From positions 1,568,001-1,632,000 of the forward strand of contig CAXXLZ010000002.1 in the NCBI GenBank assembly GCA_963675595.2: a DNA stretch of 64,000 nt, written 5' to 3'. Of this stretch, positions 8,601-17,176 are shown piece by piece. Position numbers and translations under genes: made by a program. This DNA comes from Thermodesulfobacteriota bacterium. GTDB taxonomy: Bacteria > Desulfobacterota > Desulfarculia > JACQYL01. Every line of letters begins with the position of its first letter. Position 1 is the stretch's first letter. Below the pieces are notes generated by a model that had not been told where the DNA came from, ran no database searches, and saw nothing but the letters and a program-made list of their open reading frames with translations.

Positions 8601-11207
8601 AGCACGCAATCCAACGCGCAGGCCTGGTGGGAGCTTGATCTGGGCGCCGAATCCAGGGTGCGGAAGATCGTCGTTTACAAACGTACCGACAATTACAGCA
8701 GTTTTCTCAGCAACTTCTACGTGTTGGCTTCGGCGGACCCTTTCGCTTCCAAGAGTTTGAGCTCTTCCCTTTCCCAAGCGGGCGTGTGGAGTCAATATAT
8801 CCCGGGAGAACCCGCCCGGCCTCTGGTGCTGAGCCTGCAGCAAAACGCACGGTACGTTCGGGTGCAGTTGAGCGGCACCGGCTACCTCCAGTTGGCCGAA
8901 GTGGAAGTCTGGGGACTCCCCGAGGACCCCAAGGTCCCGGTGATTATGCCCATGGATGACGGCACCGTTTCCGAGGGCTCATCTTATACCGGCCCCACGC
9001 CCGTTCTCGAAGAAGGCACGCCCCCCATCACATGGTCCCTGCGAGCGGGTCCTTCCGGAATGACCGTCAATGCACAGACCGGAGTGGTTTCCTGGTCGAA
9101 CCCCACAACGGCGGCGAGCCCCGGCTCCGTAACCATACGCGCGCAAAACGAGGCGGGATACGATGAGGCGAGCTTCACCGTTACCGTGGAGGAGCCCGCG
9201 CCCGACCCGGTGAACCTGGCGGGAAGCGGCAGTGTGTCTCAGTCGAGCACGTATACGAACGGTTCCTACCTGGCATCGGCCGACAAGGCCGTCGACGGCA
9301 ACACCGACGGCGATTTCTGGAACGGGCAATCCGTCTCGGGCACGCAATCCAATGCGCAAGCTTGGTGGGAGCTTGATTTAGGCGCCGAATCCGAGGTGCG
9401 CCAGATCATCATCTACAAGCGAACCGATGCCTACAGCAATTTTCTGAGCAACATATATGTGCTGGCCTCGGCGGACCCCTTTGTTTCCAAGAGCCTGAGC
9501 ACTTCCCTGTCCCAAGCCGGCGTGTGGAGTCAATACGTGGCCGGCGAACCTTCCCGGCCTCTGGTGTTGAACCTGGAACAAAACGTACGTTACGTGCGTG
9601 TTCAGTTGAGCGGTACCGGGTACCTTCAACTGGCCGAAGTGCAGGTCTGGGGGATTCAAGGCGATCCTCCGCCGCCTCCGGAACCTGAAGCACCCGTCAT
9701 CGGAGACGTCTCAGATGCCGTCATCCAGGCGGGACAAGCCTACACGGGGCCGACGCCCGCATTGTCTCAGGGAACGACGCCCATCACCTGGACTCTGGAA
9801 GAAGGACCCTCCGGCATGGTCATCAACGCGGATACCGGCGTAGTAACCTGGGCCTCTCCCGCAGTTCCGGCGGCAACCTCGGGCACGGAGCTTCCTCTCG
9901 ATCAAGGGCAATGCGCGGTCACCATCAGAGCGACCAACGAGGCCGGGTATGACGAGGAAACCTGGACCCTGACCGTAACCGATGAGGTGGTCGATCCCTA
10001 TAACGTCGCCGAAGGGAAAACGGCCCTTCAATCCAGCACTTATTCCGGAAGGGGGGTCACCACCTCCGCAGCCTTGGCGGTGGATGGCGACACCAACGGT
10101 GATTTCTGGAACGGTCTGTCCGTCAGCAGTACGCAGTCCAATACCAATGCTTGGTGGGAAGTGGATTTAGGGGAAGTCTGCGACACGGAAACGATCCGTG
10201 TGTACAAGCGAACCGACGCCTACAGCAATTTTCTGAGCAACTTCTACGTGATCGCTTCGGAAACGCCCTTTGACTCCTACGATCTGCAGGCCACTCTCAA
10301 CCAAGCGGGCGTGTGGTATCAGTATGTTTCCGGCGAACCGGCCCGTCCGCTGGTGCTCACGCTGAACCGATCGATCCGTTACATTCGCGTGCAATTGGCG
10401 GGTACTGGCTTCCTCCAGATCGCGGAACTGCAGGCCTGGGGCCTCCCCTCGGAACCGGGACCTCCGGTAAGTCCGATCATAGCGGACATTGACGACGCTT
10501 CGGTTGTAGAGGGCTCGGCCTACACGGGCCCCACGCCCTCACTGACCCAGGGCACCGCGCCCGTCACCTGGTCTTTGGATGCCGGTCCCTCGGGCATGAC
10601 CATCAATACCGCCACCGGCGTGGTCTCTTGGGCGTCTCCAGTCACGGACACCAACCCGTACACGGTGACGATCCGCGCGACCAACGACGCGGGTTCGGAT
10701 ACCGAGACCTGGAGCCTCACCGTGTCTGAGGCACCGCAAGAGCCACAGAACCTCGCAGAAGGGAAGAGCGCCTCCCAGTCGAGCACCTACACAAACGGAT
10801 CGTACACTGCGGATGCGGGCAAAGCCGTGGACGGAAACACGGGCGGTGATTTCTGGAACGACGCATCCACGACGAGTACCACGAGCAATACCAACGCCTG
10901 GTGGCAGGTAGACCTGGGCGGCTCCGGCAATCAGATCGAGACCGTCACGGTCTGGAAGCGAACGGACAAGTACAGCAGTTTCCTGAGCAACTTCTGGGTC
11001 TTTGTCTCCGACGTTCCCTTCACGTCCACCAATCTGCAAACCACGTTGAACCAGGCCGGTGTCTGGAAGCAGTACATTGCCGGGGAACCCAACCGTCCCC
11101 TGAACCTTTCACCGAACGTTGCCGGCCGGTACGTACGTGTGCAGCTGGCGGGAACCGGGTTCCTGCAGTTGGCTGAAGTCCAGGTTTGGGGTTATCCCGC
11201 GCCCTGA
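5658..11207 (+). CDS. Secreted C25-family (gingipain-like) cysteine peptidase with propeptide, 5 Ig-like repeats and 4 F-type lectin / F5-8C-like domains
   Basis: Signal-like FISATVLLLFLCAHAGA; propeptide GKPFLPV; C25 motifs LADWKTKKG, VLLGGDD, TDLYYA, VGRAP, ATHGN (His), IACITNKFD (Cys), NLMGDP; five GPTP...W..GP.GMTI...GVVSW repeats; four QSSTY...AVDG...WW.LDLG...RYVRVQL...LAEV.VWG repeats. True start may be downstream of 5658. Confidence 0.88.
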   Translation: MLTNPKRDGPVMRGMKFKGSGGVESRIGHRSNDANIKNVTRATSEGRPFSRRPWRGFGISFISATVLLLFLCAHAGAQQADYVVTFQESDVKWSVVEGYDLLEVDQDRCTMQGETGKPFLPVKLIYVAIPYASKFDSFTIQSREETDLGYYRIIPTQATVRPGQTAPFVYPDVETYALSTRYPASPVEFAGEGAVRETRIVTLKVYPLQYIPATNQVVFNRELVISVKYTAVPELAATSAFREDDMVTKMARAFVDNARAEDQGTPLKSLSGASGSVGTSLVRPMADPSEIQYLIITGDALKDSFQPLADWKTKKGVPAEVVTTSWIYANYEGSDNQEKIKRCIQDYVTLYSTFFVLLGGDDTVVPDRDCYTYVGSDVDATIPTDLYYASLDSINWNTGGGYPCEPADNIDLNMDVWVGRAPVRTTAHATAFVNKTIAYDKNPATSDFAEKMLLMGDMLWSYIGDQSDAYAKTEAMYDDYIAPYWDGTAYMFYDTATSFPGGASYDLSPTNMITQFANGYNYIFMATHGNANIWATETGGYFSSTHALSLTNASKQGHVNTIACITNKFDGSPDPCLSEAFLRNPNGGAVSYVGSSRYGWGYAGTKIHGPSFKYADQIYKMNFDKTNPAWPSWLGVSFAFGKMILMGSAASNGAYRWLYFSLNLMGDPELYVHDEDPQPINAVHAPTVGFGSQTFTVSNCPPGAWVCLLKEGEIYEAGFADDAGVFSRAITPTSPGTFYVTVTNRNYTAYEGTVEVSSPGPPVVAAITDDEAEEGLGYVGPTPVLAQGSFPITWTLSSGPAGMTIDSASGVVSWANPALDASPASVTIRATNALGFDEVSWAITVRMVPPVISSIDDHSVIEGQAYTGPTPSLVSGSTPITWSLEAGHADMAINASNGVVTWENPDSLVGSVTVTIRATNDGGYDDETWTLTVEEPPPVLLSTYGAPTQSSTYTNGSYLASADKAIDADTDGDFWGGESVTSTQSNAQAWWELDLGAESRVRKIVVYKRTDNYSSFLSNFYVLASADPFASKSLSSSLSQAGVWSQYIPGEPARPLVLSLQQNARYVRVQLSGTGYLQLAEVEVWGLPEDPKVPVIMPMDDGTVSEGSSYTGPTPVLEEGTPPITWSLRAGPSGMTVNAQTGVVSWSNPTTAASPGSVTIRAQNEAGYDEASFTVTVEEPAPDPVNLAGSGSVSQSSTYTNGSYLASADKAVDGNTDGDFWNGQSVSGTQSNAQAWWELDLGAESEVRQIIIYKRTDAYSNFLSNIYVLASADPFVSKSLSTSLSQAGVWSQYVAGEPSRPLVLNLEQNVRYVRVQLSGTGYLQLAEVQVWGIQGDPPPPPEPEAPVIGDVSDAVIQAGQAYTGPTPALSQGTTPITWTLEEGPSGMVINADTGVVTWASPAVPAATSGTELPLDQGQCAVTIRATNEAGYDEETWTLTVTDEVVDPYNVAEGKTALQSSTYSGRGVTTSAALAVDGDTNGDFWNGLSVSSTQSNTNAWWEVDLGEVCDTETIRVYKRTDAYSNFLSNFYVIASETPFDSYDLQATLNQAGVWYQYVSGEPARPLVLTLNRSIRYIRVQLAGTGFLQIAELQAWGLPSEPGPPVSPIIADIDDASVVEGSAYTGPTPSLTQGTAPVTWSLDAGPSGMTINTATGVVSWASPVTDTNPYTVTIRATNDAGSDTETWSLTVSEAPQEPQNLAEGKSASQSSTYTNGSYTADAGKAVDGNTGGDFWNDASTTSTTSNTNAWWQVDLGGSGNQIETVTVWKRTDKYSSFLSNFWVFVSDVPFTSTNLQTTLNQAGVWKQYIAGEPNRPLNLSPNVAGRYVRVQLAGTGFLQLAEVQVWGYPAP

Positions 11208-11352
11208 GACATCGGCTGAATAGAGGGGAAAATCGAGACGAGGCGGTAACGGGTCGGGAGGAAAAGAGGGTATTGGCCCGGAAATACAGGAAGAATTGGA
11301 TTCGTGGTGAGGAAGAAAGTCCCCGGCAGGGGTCGGAAAGCCGGGAGGAAGG

Positions 11353-12444
11353 TCAGGTTCGCTCTACGACCCGATACACCGCCAGGGTTTGGAATGCGGT
11401 TGTATTCCAGTCATAGCGCTTGAGTCGTTCTTTGCCCGCTCGTATCAGGTTGTGCCGTAACTCGCGGGAATTGAGTACCTGAAGAACGGCGTGAGCCATG
11501 TTTTCCGGGTCCGACGGATCGAACCAGGCCGCAGCCTCACCCGCGACCTCGGGTAGGGCTCCAGCTCGCGCGGCCGCGATGGGCACACCCAAAGACATGG
11601 CCTCGAGAAGCGGCAGGCCGAATCCTTCCTCGAAGGACGGATAGATCAGCAGTTCCGCTTCGGCCAAGACGGCGCCCAAGTCCCGGGCTTGCAGGTACCC
11701 GGTAAAAATCAGCGTGCCTTCTTGAATGAAAGGGGCGGCCTCTCGGGCCGCTTCATCCGAAAGCGATTCGGGAGAACCTGTGACCACCATGCGTACCCCG
11801 GCGTCCCGGATCCGGGGAAACGCCTTGATCGTTCCCTGGAAATTCTTGTAGCTCACTCCCACCGAATGCCCTAGAAAGACGATGAAGGGGCGCCCAATTC
11901 CAAATCCCTCAACCGAATTCCACCGGTCTTCGGGAGCCTTTCGCAAAGGTTGGCCCGCCAGGTGGGTGACGTGGAGTTTCCCGCCGGAAACCGGATAGGT
12001 GCGCAAAACCGAGCGCCGGGTGAATTGGGAAATGCATACCACGCCGTCCAGTCGGGGAATTTCGTCCCGCAACAGGTTCCGTCTGCGAAGGGCGCCCGGC
12101 GTTTGAAACTCCGGATAGGTCGAGTCGAACAGCGTGTCGTAAACCGTCAGAATGCGACGATAGGGACCCGGAACGGGAACGAACCAAGCGGAATGCAATA
12201 GGTCCGGTTTCAGACGAAGGATAAGCTCCGACAGGGACTTTCGTTCATCGGGACTTTCGTTGCGAATGGGTGTACGAACCGTTTCGCCGTCTCCGTCATC
12301 GGGTTCCGCCCCTTGGATTCGGAGCTTGATATAGCGGTTGTCCGGATCAAGCTCGGGAAGCCGTCTGCCCAGTTCCCGGCAATAACAGGCCACCCCTCCG
12401 TTGGACAAGTCCGCGATGCGCAAGTCCAGGACGATGTTCTTCAG
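11353..12444 (-). CDS. Glycosyltransferase family 4
   Basis: PSFEEGFGLPLLEAMSLGVP (Ex7E), KNF, TVYD. Start uncertain; probably overlaps the stop at 12441 (open frame extends to 12741). Confidence 0.9.
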   Translation of the reverse strand: MKNIVLDLRIADLSNGGVACYCRELGRRLPELDPDNRYIKLRIQGAEPDDGDGETVRTPIRNESPDERKSLSELILRLKPDLLHSAWFVPVPGPYRRILTVYDTLFDSTYPEFQTPGALRRRNLLRDEIPRLDGVVCISQFTRRSVLRTYPVSGGKLHVTHLAGQPLRKAPEDRWNSVEGFGIGRPFIVFLGHSVGVSYKNFQGTIKAFPRIRDAGVRMVVTGSPESLSDEAAREAAPFIQEGTLIFTGYLQARDLGAVLAEAELLIYPSFEEGFGLPLLEAMSLGVPIAAARAGALPEVAGEAAAWFDPSDPENMAHAVLQVLNSRELRHNLIRAGKERLKRYDWNTTAFQTLAVYRVVERT

Positions 12445-13163
12445 TTCCTCGTTCTCCTTAAGTAGCTGCGCAGGTGAGGTCTCAACGGTTTGGAAAACCC
12501 GAGAGCGCGCCTCGGCTGAGTCTTTGGGGTTCCAAGTCGGCAAAAAAAGTAGGCGGACTGGGTCAGGTGCTCCGGATACCTGCGACCGATACGGTTGAGG
12601 AGGGGCTGAAGAAAGGGATACAGAAACTGGGACCAGGCAAACAGACGAAGGCGGTTTCGACCCGTATATTCGCCCGAATCCTCGATGCCCACGCGGAGAG
12701 CATCCAACAAGAGCGTCACCACAATGGGAAATCCGCAACACCGATATTCGGCCCGGTCGATTGTGAAATGCTTGGTCAGCAGGGCTTCATATTCGGCCCC
12801 TTCGGCGCAAAGGCGATGGAACCCGTTGGTCACGGAGCGCCGATAGGTTCGGCTGATCCTACCGAGAAAGCGATTGGAAGCCGCCAGGGCGGCGCTGACG
12901 AGCACACGACAGCAAGGGGCCGCAACGCGGGCCAGTTCCGCAACCGCTTCGCTTTTGCCGTCCAGATGTTCCAGAACGTCGATGCATTCGACCTCCTGAA
13001 ATCGGTTGGATTTAAAGGGCAGAGCCCGCAGGTCCGCGGCCACATAAAGAAACCCCGGCCCGTTACGTTCTCGGTTGCGCCGGAGGTGCCGGAGAGAATA
13101 ATCCGTTACGACGACCTTTTCCCCCTCCACAAGCTGATTGCCACAACCTGCCACCAGCTTCAT
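12441..13163 (-). CDS. Class I SAM-dependent methyltransferase
   Basis: VAGCG motif I, ADLRALPF, DVLEHL, ELARV; ATG at 13163 overlaps the upstream TGA. Confidence 0.82.
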   Translation of the reverse strand: MKLVAGCGNQLVEGEKVVVTDYSLRHLRRNRERNGPGFLYVAADLRALPFKSNRFQEVECIDVLEHLDGKSEAVAELARVAAPCCRVLVSAALAASNRFLGRISRTYRRSVTNGFHRLCAEGAEYEALLTKHFTIDRAEYRCCGFPIVVTLLLDALRVGIEDSGEYTGRNRLRLFAWSQFLYPFLQPLLNRIGRRYPEHLTQSAYFFCRLGTPKTQPRRALGFSKPLRPHLRSYLRRTRN

Positions 13164-15889
13164 TTTTCCGTCCCGGAGGTTTCCGCACAGGGTTTCAGCT
13201 CGACGGGCGGGTCTCCATGAAACAAGTTGTCGTCGCAATACTGCTTTCGTGAGCGGATACCGCATTGCCGGCAAAGCGGAAGGCAATCCCACGTTCCCTC
13301 ACGATGATGACGCCGGTACTCATGCAAAGCCTCCGAACGCCATACGTCCTCAATGGACCGCTCGGACAGGTCGCCCACCACCTGCGTTGCGTTCACATCG
13401 AAGCAGCACGTGGTGATCCGACCGTCCGCGTAGACGGCCAGTTCGTTCCAAAGTCCCACGCAGGGTGTGGGGGCCGAAGGTTTGGGAGACGACAGGGAAG
13501 TGGGCACGTTGCCGGCGAAATCCATAAAGGGCTTCCGAAACACCTTGATTCCGGCCGTATCTTTCAGCTTCTCCCGCCAGAGTGCCTCGAACGTGCGTAC
13601 CAGGGGCGCGTTTTCCTGGGTCTCAATGATCTGAATGGACACCTCGGGCTTGGAAGAACGACCCGACTCGGCGTAAAGGGAGACGAATCGTTCCACATTG
13701 CCGAGCACTTCATCGAATCGGCCGCCGATGCGGTTGTTCTCGTAGTCCGCCTGTTCGACGCCGTCCAGAGACAGTATCAGCCGCTTCAGGCCGGACTCGA
13801 TCAAATTGTGCGTCGCCTCACGGGACAGCAAGGTGCAATTCGTGCTCAGGCCCGGCAGAAGAATGGAGTTCGACGCGACCCCGTATTCCAGCATGTCGAA
13901 CAGATTGGGATGCATCAACGGTTCGCCGAACAGATGAAACCACGATTCCACCAAGCCGAAGCTTCGGATTTCGTCGTGGATACGCTTCCATAAATCTGAA
14001 TCCATGTGGCGAACAGGTCGCGTCATGGAGGAGCGGGGGCAAGTGCGGCATTTCAGGTTGCACGCATTGGTGACCTCGATGTCGATTCTGCGGGGAAACG
14101 GTGGGAGCTTGAGTTTCATTTGTTGAATCCCCGCGGATCGAACCCGCTGATACGCCTGCCGACTCGCCCACTTGATCGGGGACTCGGAAGGGCTCAGCAC
14201 CATAACGCGCCCCTGACCGTCGATGCGCACGGCCCTTCCCTCCGGCATGGCTTCAAGAGCCCACCGCTCCCAGTCCGTGGGGTCTTTGTTGTCGAGGGCA
14301 TCCCTCAACAACACCAACAGATCGGGACGATGGGATTCGAAAAACGTCCCCACGAAACCCGGTGTCGAACCGGCCGTCTCGTGCCCTTGGTTCACCAACG
14401 CCGAAGAGGAACCGTCGAGGGAACCACAAACCGGAATCATTGACGCATCGGGAAACAGGGTTCGCAGCTTGCCTTCCACGCGCTCCGCGATGTACGGAGG
14501 TGCGGTACGCAAAAGCAATATCTTCCGAACTTCCTTTTTGTCGAGCCCCGCGGCGAACACCTCCATGTCGTCGCGAAAGAACGTCGCCGCCCTGATCATG
14601 TCGCGCAGAACGGATTCCTCGTGTTCCGCCGTGTAAAGAATGTCCTGTTTGGGGTTTTCGATCCAGGCCTCGGAAGTCAAAAAGCCTTCCCGCAAGGCCT
14701 GTTCATAGATTTTGGTGCCCGGATAGACAATCATGGGACCGCCCGAAAATACATTGTCGGGCTGAAGGCGGGATAGAAAATCTCGCGTTTCCATGACGGT
14801 TTCATGGTCTTCGCCCGGGTATCCCACCAGGAGCAGGAAGAAGGCCTTCATATCCGCCTGTTTGGTCCATTGGAACGCTCGTTCCGCCTGGGTGAGCGAA
14901 AAGCTCTTTCCCATGCGTTTGAGCATTTTGGTGGAACCCGATTCGACCCCATAGAAAACCGCGAGACATCCCGCCTCGTTCATCCGGCGAAGCAGTTCCG
15001 AATTTACCGTATCCACTCGTGAGTAGGCGGACCAGGCGATGGACAGGTTCTTCCGTTCCAATTCATCGCAAAAGGCGTGAAGACGATCTTGGTTCAGCGT
15101 GAAGAGATCATCCAGGAATTCAAAAAAAGCGACTCCGTACCGGCCCTGAAGGAACTCGATTTCCTCAACGATGCGTTCCGGCGAAAGTGTGCTGCAGGTG
15201 TGTCCCCAGAAAGCGGAGGAGGAACAGAAACGACATTTGAACGGACACCCCCGACTGGTGACCATGGTCATTCGTTTGTACTGGGAAAGGGGTCGGCCCT
15301 TCCATTGAAAATGCTTATAGACCGGGGTCATCAATGCGTAGAGGTCCATATCGAACAAATGATACGGGATTCGAGGCGCATTCCCCGCCGACGAGACACG
15401 GAGCTTCGCACCGGATACATGCACATCCCCGTTGCTTCTGAAAGCGAGGCCCTGGATAAGGTCCGGTGATACGTCGTGGGACAGGGAATCAGCCAGTTCT
15501 CTGAAAGACTCGTCGCTCTCTCCCAGACAGATATAGTCCACTTGCGGGTAGCGGGTGAGAATCTGTTCCGCCAGGAAGGTGGCGTGGTGGCCGCCAAGAA
15601 CGATTTTGGCGGAAGGTTGCCACGATTTGATTCTGCGGGCCAGTTCGAACACCGTGTGTCGGGTGGTGGTCAGGCACGGAATGCCGACCAGATCAGGCCT
15701 AAAGCGGTGAACCACGGGCCAAAGCCGATACGTCACTTGGTCCCAAGACCCCAGATGATACAGGTCCTCGACGCGTACTTCGTGCCCGGATTGCTCGGCG
15801 ATACCTGCCAGCACGCCGACGCCCGTGGGAAACGCGGACAAGAAGAAATTCTTGGCGAAAAACGGAGGCAGAACAAAGAGGATTTTCAT
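13160..15889 (-). CDS. B12-binding radical SAM protein fused to a second radical SAM/SPASM domain
   Basis: Cobalamin-binding N-terminus (PTGVG, GGHHAT, GESD); CPFKCRFC; GVESGS; second motif CNLKCRTC with GEPL; C-terminal PCVGLW...CCFD...CRQC. Confidence 0.9.
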   Translation of the reverse strand: MKILFVLPPFFAKNFFLSAFPTGVGVLAGIAEQSGHEVRVEDLYHLGSWDQVTYRLWPVVHRFRPDLVGIPCLTTTRHTVFELARRIKSWQPSAKIVLGGHHATFLAEQILTRYPQVDYICLGESDESFRELADSLSHDVSPDLIQGLAFRSNGDVHVSGAKLRVSSAGNAPRIPYHLFDMDLYALMTPVYKHFQWKGRPLSQYKRMTMVTSRGCPFKCRFCSSSAFWGHTCSTLSPERIVEEIEFLQGRYGVAFFEFLDDLFTLNQDRLHAFCDELERKNLSIAWSAYSRVDTVNSELLRRMNEAGCLAVFYGVESGSTKMLKRMGKSFSLTQAERAFQWTKQADMKAFFLLLVGYPGEDHETVMETRDFLSRLQPDNVFSGGPMIVYPGTKIYEQALREGFLTSEAWIENPKQDILYTAEHEESVLRDMIRAATFFRDDMEVFAAGLDKKEVRKILLLRTAPPYIAERVEGKLRTLFPDASMIPVCGSLDGSSSALVNQGHETAGSTPGFVGTFFESHRPDLLVLLRDALDNKDPTDWERWALEAMPEGRAVRIDGQGRVMVLSPSESPIKWASRQAYQRVRSAGIQQMKLKLPPFPRRIDIEVTNACNLKCRTCPRSSMTRPVRHMDSDLWKRIHDEIRSFGLVESWFHLFGEPLMHPNLFDMLEYGVASNSILLPGLSTNCTLLSREATHNLIESGLKRLILSLDGVEQADYENNRIGGRFDEVLGNVERFVSLYAESGRSSKPEVSIQIIETQENAPLVRTFEALWREKLKDTAGIKVFRKPFMDFAGNVPTSLSSPKPSAPTPCVGLWNELAVYADGRITTCCFDVNATQVVGDLSERSIEDVWRSEALHEYRRHHREGTWDCLPLCRQCGIRSRKQYCDDNLFHGDPPVELKPCAETSGTEK

Positions 15890-16009
15890 GGCCTTATTCG
15901 TCTTGAGCGGAAAGGGTTACCCGGGGTGACTCCCCGAGAATGATCGGCGAGGGATGATGGAAGAACACGACGAAAAAGCGGGGCATTCCCACAGTCGCTT
16001 TTTCAGCGG

Positions 16010-17176
16010 TTAAGATCGGACACCTCCCCCCAGTTCCAAAAACCCGGTGGAGGCGATGAAATCATCGGCGACAAAGCATTGGAAGGCGGGGGCCAGCACT
16101 TGCGGATCCGGCGGGGTCACGCCCGCCTTGGGGGGGCCGTGACGAATGTATTCCACGCTGCCATACTCGGACAGCAGTTCACTATGGGATTTCGCAAGCC
16201 ATCGATTGTGAAGATAACCCATGCCTCGGCACACACAATCCCACTCCTCTTCGGAACGCCCATACATGTCGAAGGGGTCCACCCCGTCTCGGTGCTCCCC
16301 CGGGTGGATATGATGAAAAAACCACCCTCCCGGTCCAAGTATACGCGTTTGCTCGCGAATGACCTCCCTTGGATCGGACACGTGCTCGAGCAGGTCGAAA
16401 CTGAACACATAGTCGAAACTGCGGTCGCGCAGCGGCATTTTCTCGGCGTTGAACGTTGCGAACACCACGCGTGAAGGATTGAATCGGACCCGGTCCGACG
16501 CAATGGAAACGACTTCTCTCATGGGTATGGGGAAAGTTCGACCACTGTTGCGGGTGTACTCACCCACGGCCCGATAGATCGTCGCCTTGGGCCGGGCATC
16601 GGGAAAGAAGATGCTTTCGTCGTCCAGGTTGCAGGCCAGGACCCGCGCTCCCATGCAAGCCATAAGGACGTCCACCGCCAGGGTTTGTCCCACGCCGATA
16701 TGAAGGACCCGTTTGTTCATCAGGCTTTCCCCCAACGAAGTCGCGAACCCGACATAAGTCTCGAATATCTTCAGGTAGTGTTTCAGATCGAATGTGAACT
16801 GGACGTCCAGGACGAAGTCCTTGAACGGCTCGAACCCCATTCGAGAGAGTTGCCGCACAATGCTTCGATACCATTGTGAACACACCACGATGAGTTCCGA
16901 TTCCTTTTTGGCTCGCAGCCGCTCAGGGGGAAAGACCTCCTGGTCATGAATGATGCGTCCCCACTTCTCGGCATCGTTGTCCACCACATATTGAACGGAC
17001 GCACGCCCCTCGGTCCGTTGGAGAAACGACCGCAATCCCCCGGAAGCGCCGAAGGCAATGATTGATCGCGACACGTTTCCATCCAAATTTCCGGAAAAGA
17101 ACGGCTCAATCTCCGGTTGAAGGCACACGGTCTTCTCCCATCTCTCGCTTGATCGGCGGCAACGACTCGAAATCAA
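16010..17176 (-). CDS. SAM-dependent methyltransferase with an N-terminal Rossmann-like domain
   Basis: IIAFGASG...VVDND.EKWG N-terminal domain; VLHIGVG, AEKMP, FDYVFSFDLLEHV, RILGPGG. Confidence 0.82.
   Translation of the reverse strand: MISSRCRRSSERWEKTVCLQPEIEPFFSGNLDGNVSRSIIAFGASGGLRSFLQRTEGRASVQYVVDNDAEKWGRIIHDQEVFPPERLRAKKESELIVVCSQWYRSIVRQLSRMGFEPFKDFVLDVQFTFDLKHYLKIFETYVGFATSLGESLMNKRVLHIGVGQTLAVDVLMACMGARVLACNLDDESIFFPDARPKATIYRAVGEYTRNSGRTFPIPMREVVSIASDRVRFNPSRVVFATFNAEKMPLRDRSFDYVFSFDLLEHVSDPREVIREQTRILGPGGWFFHHIHPGEHRDGVDPFDMYGRSEEEWDCVCRGMGYLHNRWLAKSHSELLSEYGSVEYIRHGPPKAGVTPPDPQVLAPAFQCFVADDFIASTGFLELGGGVRS

Noticed and set aside
8480-11200. Near-identical DNA repeats as a CRISPR array or DGR template/variable repeats
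   Set aside because: They are in-frame protein domain repeats; no spacer pattern, no evident adenine-biased variation and no reverse transcriptase or cas gene in the window.
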